Shown here: positions 17,653 to 25,682 of the stretch, one piece after another | Numbering within the stretch: the first letter of the stretch is position 1 | Layout: every line of letters begins with the position of its first letter | Assembly (NCBI GenBank): GCA_037975505.1 | Contig: JBANGJ010000033.1 | Coordinates: forward strand, 1,033-65,032 | DNA from: Gemmatimonadota bacterium | Lineage (GTDB): Bacteria > Gemmatimonadota > Gemmatimonadetes > Gemmatimonadales > Gemmatimonadaceae | Length of the DNA stretch: 64,000 bases | Direction of reading: 5' to 3' | Notes under the pieces: generated by a model | The model's database searches: none | What the model was told of the DNA's origin: nothing | Seen by the model: only the letters and a program-made list of their open reading frames with translations | Made by a program: the position numbers and the translations under genes

Positions 17653-20058
17653 ATGCGTTCGTCTCGATTCCTCCCTGCGCTCCTGTTGGGCACTCTGATC
17701 ATCGGCGCCTGCGAGCGCGATGGTGGGCTCGGCCCGGCGCCGTTCTCCAACGCCCCCGAGGTCTTCACCGACGCCTTCTCGTCGGGCGTCTCCTGGCAGG
17801 CCTTCCAGGGGAGCAAGGTGACCGCGATGTCCATCGACAACACCGTGAAGTTCCGCGGCACGAGTTCATTGAAGATTGTGATCCCCAATCAGGGGGACAC
17901 GCTCGGCGGCTATGCTGGCGGCGCCTTCGTCAGCGAGCAGGGTCGGGACCTCAGTGCGTATGACGTGGTCAGCTTTTGGGCCAAGGGGAGCCGGGCCGCC
18001 ACCCTCGATGTGATTGGGGCCGGTAACGACAACACCGGGACCTCGCTCTACACGGTCGAGCGGCGCGATTTGGCCCTCACCACCTCCTGGCAGAAGTTCA
18101 CGCTGGCGATTCCGGTGCCGGCCAAGCTCTCGCAGGAGCGCGGGCTCTTCTTCTTCGCCGAGGGGCCGGAGGGGGGGCAGGGGTATGAGCTCTGGCTCGA
18201 CGACATCCAGTTCGAGACGCTGGGGACGGTCACCAATCCGCGTCCGGCGCTCGCCGCGGCGACCCTGAATGTGGAGGTGGGTGAGACCCGGGCCATCACC
18301 GGGACGTCGGTGACCTTCTCGGTCGCGGGGGCGGATCAGACCGTCGCCGCGGCTCCGGCGTACTTCACCTTCACCTCGTCCGCGCCGAACGTGGCCTCCG
18401 TGAGCGCCGCTGGCGCCATCACCGTGGCGGCGGCGGGCACCACGAACATCACCGCGGCCCTCGGTACCGTCCCGGCGACGGGGACCCTCGCGCTCACGGC
18501 GGCCGTGCCGCCGGCTATCGCGGCAACGACGCCGACGCGGGCCACGACGGACGTCATCTCCCTCTTCAGCAACGCCTACACCAACCGCACGGTGGACACC
18601 TGGTCCGCCGTCTGGGACCAGGCCGACGTGGCCGACGTGCAGATCGCCGGCAACGCGACCAAGAAGTACACGAACCTGAGCTACGCGGGCATCGAGTTCA
18701 CCACGAGCCAGATTGACGCCTCGCAGATGTCCGGCCTGCACCTCGACCTCTGGGTGACCAGCGCCGCGGGCTTCCGGATCAAGCTCGTCGACTTCGGGGC
18801 GAATGGGGCCTACGGCGGCGGCGACGACAAGGAGCATGAGATCACGCTCACCGGCACCTCCTCACCGTCGATTACGACCGGGGCTTGGAACTCCATCGAC
18901 CTCCCCTTCTCGGCCTTCACGGGGCTCACCACGCGCGGGCACCTCGCGCAGCTGATCATCTCGGGGAGCCCGACGGCGTACCTCGACAACGTCTACTTCT
19001 ACAAGGTGCCGCCGCCGGCCGCGCCGCCGGCCGCCGCCGCGGCCCCGACGCTCGGCGCGGCGAGCGTGATCTCGCTGTTCAGCGACGGGTACACCAACCG
19101 GACGGTCGACACCTGGTCCGCGTCGTGGGACCAGGCGGACGTCACGGACGTGTCCATCGGCGGCAACGCCGTGAAGAAGTACACCAACTTCGTCTTCGCC
19201 GGGATTGAGTTCGCCTCGTCCCAGATTGACGCCTCGGCGATGACGACCTTCAACTTCGACATCTGGACGCCCGACACCCTCTCGGCGAGCGCCTCCTTCA
19301 AGGTCAAGCTCGTGGACTTCGGCGCGAACGGTGCCTACGGCGGTGGGGATGACTCAGAGCACGAGTTGACCTACACCAAGACCACGACCCCGGCCTTGGC
19401 CACCGGCAGCTGGGTGCGCTTCGCCATCCCGCTGACGAGCTTCACCGGCCTGACCGCCCGGGCCCACCTCGCGCAGCTCATCTTCGTGAGCAGCGCCCCG
19501 ACGGTCTATCTGGACAACGTCTACTTCTCCACGACCGCCCCGACGGTGGCGGCGCCGACCCCGACGTACGCCGCGGGGAATGTCATCTCGCTGTTCAGCA
19601 ACGCCTACACCAACCGCGCGGTGGACACCTGGTCGGCGTCCTGGGACCAGGCGGACGTGACCGACGTGCAGGTCGCGAGCAATGACGTGAAGAAGTACAC
19701 CAACTTGGTCTTCTCCGGGATCGAGTTCACGTCGTCGCAGATCGATGCCTCGACGATGACCCACTTCTCGTTCGACCTCTTCACGCCGGACGCCACCGCG
19801 GCACCGGCGGAGTTCAAGGTCAAGCTCGTGGACTTCGGCGCGAACGGGGCCTACGGCGGTGGGGACGACAAGGAGCATGAGCTGGTCTTCTCGGCGACGA
19901 CCACCCCCGCGCTCGCCTCGGGGTCGTGGGTGACCTTCAACATCCCGTTCAGCAGCTTCACGGGCCTCACCACCCGGGGGCACCTCGCCCAGCTCATCTT
20001 CGTGAGCGCGCCCGCCTCACGCACCGCGTACATCGACAACGTCCTGTTCCACAAGTAG
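17653..20058 (+). CDS. Lipoprotein with CBM-like N-domain, Ig-like domain and three tandem CBM-like (beta-sandwich) repeats; putative glycan-binding protein
   Basis: Lipobox IIGAC; GGAG RBS; N-domain RDLSAYDVVSFWAKG...LWLDDIQF; Ig-like FTSSAPNVASVSAAGAIT; three repeats VISLFS.AYTNR.VDTWS...KLVDFGANGAYGGGDD.EHE...YLDNVYF. No catalytic motif seen. Confidence 0.75.
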   Translation: MRSSRFLPALLLGTLIIGACERDGGLGPAPFSNAPEVFTDAFSSGVSWQAFQGSKVTAMSIDNTVKFRGTSSLKIVIPNQGDTLGGYAGGAFVSEQGRDLSAYDVVSFWAKGSRAATLDVIGAGNDNTGTSLYTVERRDLALTTSWQKFTLAIPVPAKLSQERGLFFFAEGPEGGQGYELWLDDIQFETLGTVTNPRPALAAATLNVEVGETRAITGTSVTFSVAGADQTVAAAPAYFTFTSSAPNVASVSAAGAITVAAAGTTNITAALGTVPATGTLALTAAVPPAIAATTPTRATTDVISLFSNAYTNRTVDTWSAVWDQADVADVQIAGNATKKYTNLSYAGIEFTTSQIDASQMSGLHLDLWVTSAAGFRIKLVDFGANGAYGGGDDKEHEITLTGTSSPSITTGAWNSIDLPFSAFTGLTTRGHLAQLIISGSPTAYLDNVYFYKVPPPAAPPAAAAAPTLGAASVISLFSDGYTNRTVDTWSASWDQADVTDVSIGGNAVKKYTNFVFAGIEFASSQIDASAMTTFNFDIWTPDTLSASASFKVKLVDFGANGAYGGGDDSEHELTYTKTTTPALATGSWVRFAIPLTSFTGLTARAHLAQLIFVSSAPTVYLDNVYFSTTAPTVAAPTPTYAAGNVISLFSNAYTNRAVDTWSASWDQADVTDVQVASNDVKKYTNLVFSGIEFTSSQIDASTMTHFSFDLFTPDATAAPAEFKVKLVDFGANGAYGGGDDKEHELVFSATTTPALASGSWVTFNIPFSSFTGLTTRGHLAQLIFVSAPASRTAYIDNVLFHK
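18553..20055 (+). repeat. Three intragenic ~450-470 bp repeats (approx. 18553-19005, 19066-19530, 19582-20055)
   Basis: Recurring DNA blocks such as tacaccaaccg, tgggaccaggc, aagctcgt.gacttcgg.gcgaa.gg.gcctacggcgg and cacctcgc.cagct.atc. Confidence 0.9.
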
Positions 20059-20097
20059 CCTTCACCCCATGGCCATCGCCATGCGGCGGGTGAGGCG

Positions 20098-21366
20098 GTG
20101 ACCCGGCTTCCCGGGCTTCGCGTGGGCGCGTCGGACTTCGGTCCGGCGCGCCCCGCGTCGCTTGCCGATGCGGTGCTCCGCCTCATCTGGGACGAGGAAC
20201 GGATCTCGCGCGCCGAGATCGCGCGCCGTGCCGCGCTCTCCCGGTCCACCGTCTCGGAGATCGTCGAGACGCTGTTGGCGACGGGGTTGGTCGCCGAGGC
20301 CGGCGTGGGCGCCTCGCGCGGGGGGCGACGCCCCATCGTCCTGGAATTTCAGGATGGTGCGGGGACGATCCTCGGTATCGATATGGGGGCCTCCCACGTG
20401 GCCGTGATCCTCACGGACCTTCGGGGCCGGGTGCTCGCAGCCGAGCGCGCGGCGCACGCAGTACAGGCCGACCCGGAGGGGACCCGTGCGCGAATCCGTG
20501 CACTCGTGGACACGGTCCGGGGTGCCGGAGGGGACTCGAGCCGCGGTCGGTTGATCGGGGTCGGCATCGCGGTGCCCAGCCCCGTCGACATCCGCCACCC
20601 GGACCGCCTCTCACCCGTCGCGCTCCCGGCGTGGGAGGGGCGACACGGCCTCGACGAGTTGCTCGCCGACCTCGAGGTGCCCGTGTTCGTCGACAACGAT
20701 GCGAACCTCGGGGCGCTGGCTGAGCGCTGGTGGGGGGCCGCGCAGGGGCTCGACCACTTCGCGTACATCAAGATCGCGACGGGCATCGGGGCCGGTCACG
20801 TGATCGACGGGCGCATCCACCGTGGGGCGAGCGGGGTGGGCGGCGAAATCGGGCACGTCGCCATCGATCCCCGTGGTGAGACCTGCAACTGCGGGAATCG
20901 CGGCTGCCTCACCACCTTCGTCGGGGCCCCCGCGCTCGAGGCGCGCATGCTGGCGCTCCGGGCGGTCTATCCACAGAGCGCGCTGGCCACCGGCGCCCCC
21001 ACGATCGCGCGGCTGGAGGCGGCCGCGCAGGCGGACGACCCCCTCGCCCTGCAGGTCGTCCACGAGGTCGCGGAGCACCTCGGCATCGCGATCGCCGGCA
21101 TGCTGAACCTGATGAACCCCGCGGCCGTCATCCTCGGCGGTCGACTCGCCGGCGTCGGCGAGCGGTTGATCGCCCCACTCCGCGCCACGGCGCTGCGCCG
21201 GACCTTCGTGCCCGCGGCGGCCGCGACGGAGATCCGAGTCAGCACCCTGGGGCCGCAGGGCATCGCCCTCGGGGCCGCCACGCTCGTCCTCGACGCCGCG
21301 CTGCACGACCCCCGACTGTTCCGTCCGGTGGCGCACGCGCGGGCCCCGCGCCGCTCGGCCCGCTGA
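20098..21366 (+). CDS. ROK-family transcriptional repressor (XylR/NagC-like)
   Basis: wHTH ISRAEIARRAALSRSTVSEIV, GGRRP, GIDMG, DNDANLGALAE, GIGAG, GEIGH, CNCGNRGCL. Confidence 0.95.
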   Translation: MTRLPGLRVGASDFGPARPASLADAVLRLIWDEERISRAEIARRAALSRSTVSEIVETLLATGLVAEAGVGASRGGRRPIVLEFQDGAGTILGIDMGASHVAVILTDLRGRVLAAERAAHAVQADPEGTRARIRALVDTVRGAGGDSSRGRLIGVGIAVPSPVDIRHPDRLSPVALPAWEGRHGLDELLADLEVPVFVDNDANLGALAERWWGAAQGLDHFAYIKIATGIGAGHVIDGRIHRGASGVGGEIGHVAIDPRGETCNCGNRGCLTTFVGAPALEARMLALRAVYPQSALATGAPTIARLEAAAQADDPLALQVVHEVAEHLGIAIAGMLNLMNPAAVILGGRLAGVGERLIAPLRATALRRTFVPAAAATEIRVSTLGPQGIALGAATLVLDAALHDPRLFRPVAHARAPRRSAR

Positions 21367-22262
21367 TGGACGCGCCCCTGCCGTTCCTTTCCTTCCCCCC
21401 CCAGATGCCCCCGTTCCCGACGACTTTGTCTGTCCCCGCGTCGCCGCGGCACGTCCGCCGTCGTTTGCCGCGGCCTCTCCTGACGGCGCTGGCGGCGCTC
21501 CTGCTGGGCGGTGCCGGGTGTACCGGCGTCACAGCGCCCACCTATGCCCTCGTCTGGTCGGACGAGTTCGAGGGGCCGGCCGGCGCGGCGCCAGACGCGG
21601 CGAACTGGGTCGCGGACATCGGGACCGATTGGGGGAACGCCCAGTTGGAGTACGACACGGATCGGCGCGCCAATGCCGCGCTCGACGGGGCGGGGAACCT
21701 TGCCATCATCGCGCGGCAGGAGTCCTACCTCAATCGCGGCTACACCTCCGCGCGGCTCAAGACGCTCGGGCGGCGGCAATTCCAGTACGGCCGCTTCGAG
21801 GCACGCCTCCGCATGCCGTCCGGGCGCGGCCTCTGGCCCGCCTTCTGGCTCCTCGGCGCCAACATCGGCAGCGTGGGGTGGCCTCGCTCGGGCGAGATCG
21901 ACGTGATGGAGTACCGCGGGCAGGAACCGTCCGTGGTCCACGGCAGCCTCCACGGCCCGGGCTACTCGGCGGGGGCTGCCCTCACGCGGAAGTACACCCT
22001 CCCCACGGGGCGCCTCGACGAGGCCTTCCACGTGTACCGCGCCGATTGGACGCCGCGGGACATCCGGTTCTATATCGACGACGTGCTCTATCACGTCGTC
22101 GCGAAGGGGGATCAGCCCGGGGACTGGGTCTTTGACCACGAGTTCTTCGTGATCCTCAACGTGGCGGTCGGCGGGAACTTCGTCGGCGCGCCGGACGGCA
22201 CCACCATCTTCCCCCAGACCATGCTCGTCGACTGGGTCCGGGTCTATCAGGAGGTTCGATGA
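21366..22262 (+). CDS. GH16 endo-beta-1,3-glucanase (laminarinase-type), probable lipoprotein
   Basis: LVWSDEF, WGNAQLEY, YTSARL, YGRFEAR, GLWPAFWLLG, catalytic WPRSGEIDVME, ILNVAVGG, VDWVRVYQ; GAGC lipobox. True start may be slightly downstream. Confidence 0.92.
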   Translation: MDAPLPFLSFPPQMPPFPTTLSVPASPRHVRRRLPRPLLTALAALLLGGAGCTGVTAPTYALVWSDEFEGPAGAAPDAANWVADIGTDWGNAQLEYDTDRRANAALDGAGNLAIIARQESYLNRGYTSARLKTLGRRQFQYGRFEARLRMPSGRGLWPAFWLLGANIGSVGWPRSGEIDVMEYRGQEPSVVHGSLHGPGYSAGAALTRKYTLPTGRLDEAFHVYRADWTPRDIRFYIDDVLYHVVAKGDQPGDWVFDHEFFVILNVAVGGNFVGAPDGTTIFPQTMLVDWVRVYQEVR

Positions 22263-23812
22263 CCGCCCCGCGCCGCCGTGGTTGGATCCGTCTCGCGCTC
22301 GCCGCGTGGCACACTCGCCTCGGGCTCGGGGCGGGGCCCGAGGCCGCGTCGCGGCACCTCACACCCGCCGCGGATCGCATCCCGTTCAGTCACAAGGTGG
22401 CCTACGGGCTCGGGGCGTTCGTCAACAACACGCTGGCGGCCGCCATCGGCGGGATGCTGATCATCCTCAACCTCGGCTTCGGGATGAATCCGGCGTTGGT
22501 GGGTCTTGCGAGCGCGATCCCGCGCGTGACGGATGCGCTCACCGACCCGATCATGGGGTTCATCTCCGACGGGACGCGCTCTCGGTGGGGGCGGCGACGG
22601 CCATACATCTTCATCGGCGCGCTCTTCTCGGGCATCTCGTATGCCCTGCTGTGGATGCTCCCCGGCGGCAAGAGCGAACTCTGGTATTTCTGGTACTTCA
22701 CGATCGGCTCCACGATCTTCTACGTCGGGTACACCATCTTTGCCACCCCGTGGGTGGCGCTCGGGTACGAGCTCACGCCGGACTACCATGAGCGGACGCG
22801 GCTCATGGGCGTCCAGAACTTCATCGGCCAGCTCGCGTATCTGGTCTCGCCCTGGTTCCTCTGGATCATGACGAACACGGCGTGGTTCGCCACGCCCGCC
22901 GAGGGTGCGCGCGGGCTCGCGCTGGCCGTCGGCATCGTGGCCTGCGTGGTGGGGATCCTGCCGGCACTCTTCCTGCGTGAGCGCCAGGTCGCTCCGGTAG
23001 CGGTCCCGGCGGCGGTCCCGGCGGCGGTCCCGGCGGCGGGTGCGCCGGGGGAGGGGACGTGGGCGATGGTCCGCCGGAACACGGGGGAGTTCTTCCGTGG
23101 CTTCGCGACGACGTTGCGCACCGGACCCTATCTGCGCCTCTGCCTCGCCACGTTCCTCGTGTTCAACGGCTTCATCATGATCTCCTCGTTCCAGTCCTAC
23201 GTGGTCATCTACTACGTGTTCGGGGGGAACCAAGAGCTCGGGGCCCGGTACACCGGCTACGCCGGCACCCTCGGGGCCATCTCCACCTTCGGTGTGATCG
23301 CCCTCGTCACCTGGCTCGCGACGCGCATCGGCAAGAAGAAGGCCTTCTTCTTCTCCACGGGCGTCTCCATGGTCGGGTACGCCCTCAAGTGGTTCTGTTA
23401 CGACCCGACGCGTCCCTGGCTGGTGCTCGTGCCCGCGCCGCTGCTCGCGTTCGGCCTCGGTGGCCTCTTCACCCTGATGGGGTCGATGATGGCCGACGTC
23501 GTCGATCTGGACGAGCTGGATACCCATCGGCGGCGCGAGGGGATGTTCGGTTCCATCTTCTGGTGGGTCGTGAAGGTGGGGATGGCCGTCGCCCTCGCCG
23601 CCGGCGGCGTGGTGCTCAACTGGACCGGCTTCGACGTGGCCCTCGGTGGGGCCCAGACGGCGCGCACCCTCTACCTCCTCCGGATCGCCGACGTCTGGAT
23701 TCCCTTCGTCGCGTCGGGCATCGCCATCTGGGCGATGGCGGGGTACCCGCTCAGCGAGACCCGCGCCTACGAGGTGCGGGCGGAGCTCGAACGGCGTCGG
23801 GCGGCGGCGTAG
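22259..23812 (+). CDS. MFS/GPH-family glycoside:cation symporter
   Basis: [56 protein letters not shown]...RREG. Confidence 0.93.
   Translation: MTAPRRRGWIRLALAAWHTRLGLGAGPEAASRHLTPAADRIPFSHKVAYGLGAFVNNTLAAAIGGMLIILNLGFGMNPALVGLASAIPRVTDALTDPIMGFISDGTRSRWGRRRPYIFIGALFSGISYALLWMLPGGKSELWYFWYFTIGSTIFYVGYTIFATPWVALGYELTPDYHERTRLMGVQNFIGQLAYLVSPWFLWIMTNTAWFATPAEGARGLALAVGIVACVVGILPALFLRERQVAPVAVPAAVPAAVPAAGAPGEGTWAMVRRNTGEFFRGFATTLRTGPYLRLCLATFLVFNGFIMISSFQSYVVIYYVFGGNQELGARYTGYAGTLGAISTFGVIALVTWLATRIGKKKAFFFSTGVSMVGYALKWFCYDPTRPWLVLVPAPLLAFGLGGLFTLMGSMMADVVDLDELDTHRRREGMFGSIFWWVVKVGMAVALAAGGVVLNWTGFDVALGGAQTARTLYLLRIADVWIPFVASGIAIWAMAGYPLSETRAYEVRAELERRRAAA
23000..23035 (+). repeat. In-frame 12-bp tandem repeat (GCGGTCCCGGCG)x3 in the MFS central loop
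   Basis: Encodes AVPA-AVPA-AVPA. Confidence 0.85.
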
Positions 23813-23817
23813 CGGAC

Positions 23818-23853
23818 CCCCGGGCGGACGCGCCTCGGCGCGTCCGCCCGGGG
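23818..23853. terminator. Perfect 17-bp inverted repeat between convergent operons (bidirectional terminator)
   Basis: CCCCGGGCGGACGCGCC-TC-GGCGCGTCCGCCCGGGG fills the gap between two stop codons. Confidence 0.75.
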
Positions 23854-23855
23854 CG

Positions 23856-25682
23856 TCACTGCGGGCGGTACGACAGCCCGAACCCGCGCGGGAAGTGCAC
23901 CGGAGCCGTGCCATCCGGCGCTGGGGCCGCGGCCGGCCAAGCGAGGGGCAGGACGCCCTGGAAATCCTCCGCGCCGAAGAGCACATCGGCCACGCCGTCG
24001 CCCTCTGAGCCGGGCAGCCATGCGGCGACGAACGCCGCCGCCGCTTCGATCTCGGGCGCGATCAGCACCGGGCGGCCCGAGATCAGGACCGCCACCACGG
24101 GAATCCCCTTGGCCCGGATGGACTCAATGACGGCGAGGTCCTCCGGGTGACGCTCGGCGAGGGCGAGCGTGGTGCCGTACGGTTCGAGGTTCGCGGTACG
24201 GAGCCCACCGGGGAGAGGGGGAGTGATCCGACCCCCCGGACGGATGTCCCCCATCCCCTCGGCGTACGGCACCTCACCGATCACCACCACCGCCACGTCG
24301 TGCGCGTCCGGGTCGGCCGCGCTCCCGTCCGGGCTCAGCGTCGCCTCGGGCGAGACGCGCTGGATGGCCTGCCAGAGGGACGTTCCGCCCTCGATGGCCT
24401 CATTGCCGTGCGTTCCTTGCCACGCGGCGCTGAAACCGCCGCACTGATGGCTCACATCGTCGGCGTTCTTGCCGGCGACCAGGACGCGCTGCCCGCGCCG
24501 GAGCGGGAGCGTGCGCGCGTCGTTCTTCAGGAGGACGAGCGACTTCCGGACGGCCTCGCGCGCCACGGCCCGGTGGGCCGCGCTCCCGAACGTCTCGCTG
24601 TTCGCCCAGGGCCGTTCAGCCGGACGCACCCGGTCCAGCAGCCCCGCGCGGAGCTTGACCCGCAGGATCCGTCGGACCGCATCATCCACGCGGTCCATCG
24701 GCACGGTGCCGGAGGTCACCGCGGCGGAGAGGCCCTCGAGCCGCCGTCGCCAGTCGGCCGAGCACATGATCATGTCCACGCCCGCGTTGACGGCGAGCCC
24801 GATGGCCTCGTCCAGGTCCTCGGTCACCTGATCGACGCCATCCCAATCCGAGACGATCAGGCCGTCGAAGCCCATGCGGCGCTTCAACACCTCCGTCATC
24901 AGGTGGCCGTGCGCATGGCACTTGGTCCCGTTCCAGCTGTTGAACGACACCATCACCGTCTGGACGCCGGCGGCGAGCGCGGCGCGGTACGGCGCCCCGT
25001 GCGTGCGGAGCAGGTCCGCCTCCGGCAGCGCCGTATCGCCCTGATCGATCCCCTCGGTCGTCGCGCCGTCGCCGATCCAGTGCTTCGCGCACCCCAGCAC
25101 GCCATCGTCGGACAGCGTCCCCTGAATCCCCCGCACGAAGCAGTCGGCGTAGGCGGCGACCACGGCCGGGTCGTCGGAGAAGCTCTCGTAGGTGCGTCCC
25201 CACTGGACGTTGCGGACCACGGCCAGCGTGGGCGCGAAGTTCCAGTCGAGGCCCGTGGCGAGCACCTCACGGGCGCAGACCTGCGCGATGCGTCCGACGA
25301 GGTCCGGGTCGTGCGCCGCACCGAGGCCGATGTGGTGGGGGAAGATCGTCGCGCCCTTCACGTTCGCGTGGCCGTGCACCGCGTCCACGGCGTAGAGGAG
25401 CGGCACGGCGGTCCGGCCGTCCGTCGGGTCGGTCGAGGCCACCCAGAGGGCGTCGTTCAAGGCCACCCAGTCCGCGGGGCGGTTGGCTCCCGGGACGGAG
25501 CCGGAGCCGCTCAGGACGGCCCCGAGATGGCAGGCCCGGACGTCCTCGGGCGTGGTCGAGGCACGTTCGGACATGATCATCTGTCCGAGCTTCTCGGCGA
25601 GGCTCATCCGCGCGAGGAGCGCGTCGACGCGGTCCTCCACCGCGGCGAGCTTCGACGGCCGGTGCAGGGTGGGGGCGCTCAC
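23856..25682 (-). CDS. GH3 beta-glucosidase / exo-beta-glucanase, no signal peptide
   Basis: MSLAEKLGQM, DAVHGH, TIFPHHIGLGA, WGRTYESF, CAKHWIGDG, nucleophile IVSDW, SLVLLKN, PYAEG, AWLPGSEG. GTG start overlaps the upstream TGA. Confidence 0.93.
   Translation of the reverse strand: MSAPTLHRPSKLAAVEDRVDALLARMSLAEKLGQMIMSERASTTPEDVRACHLGAVLSGSGSVPGANRPADWVALNDALWVASTDPTDGRTAVPLLYAVDAVHGHANVKGATIFPHHIGLGAAHDPDLVGRIAQVCAREVLATGLDWNFAPTLAVVRNVQWGRTYESFSDDPAVVAAYADCFVRGIQGTLSDDGVLGCAKHWIGDGATTEGIDQGDTALPEADLLRTHGAPYRAALAAGVQTVMVSFNSWNGTKCHAHGHLMTEVLKRRMGFDGLIVSDWDGVDQVTEDLDEAIGLAVNAGVDMIMCSADWRRRLEGLSAAVTSGTVPMDRVDDAVRRILRVKLRAGLLDRVRPAERPWANSETFGSAAHRAVAREAVRKSLVLLKNDARTLPLRRGQRVLVAGKNADDVSHQCGGFSAAWQGTHGNEAIEGGTSLWQAIQRVSPEATLSPDGSAADPDAHDVAVVVIGEVPYAEGMGDIRPGGRITPPLPGGLRTANLEPYGTTLALAERHPEDLAVIESIRAKGIPVVAVLISGRPVLIAPEIEAAAAFVAAWLPGSEGDGVADVLFGAEDFQGVLPLAWPAAAPAPDGTAPVHFPRGFGLSYRPQ

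Noticed and set aside
18553-20055. Repeats considered as a CRISPR array or diversity-generating template/variable repeat
   Set aside because: They are in-frame protein domain repeats with mostly synonymous differences; no spacers, cas genes or reverse transcriptase.
23000-23035. 12-bp tandem repeat as a phase-variation switch
   Set aside because: The unit is a multiple of 3 in a flexible loop, so copy change would not shift the frame.
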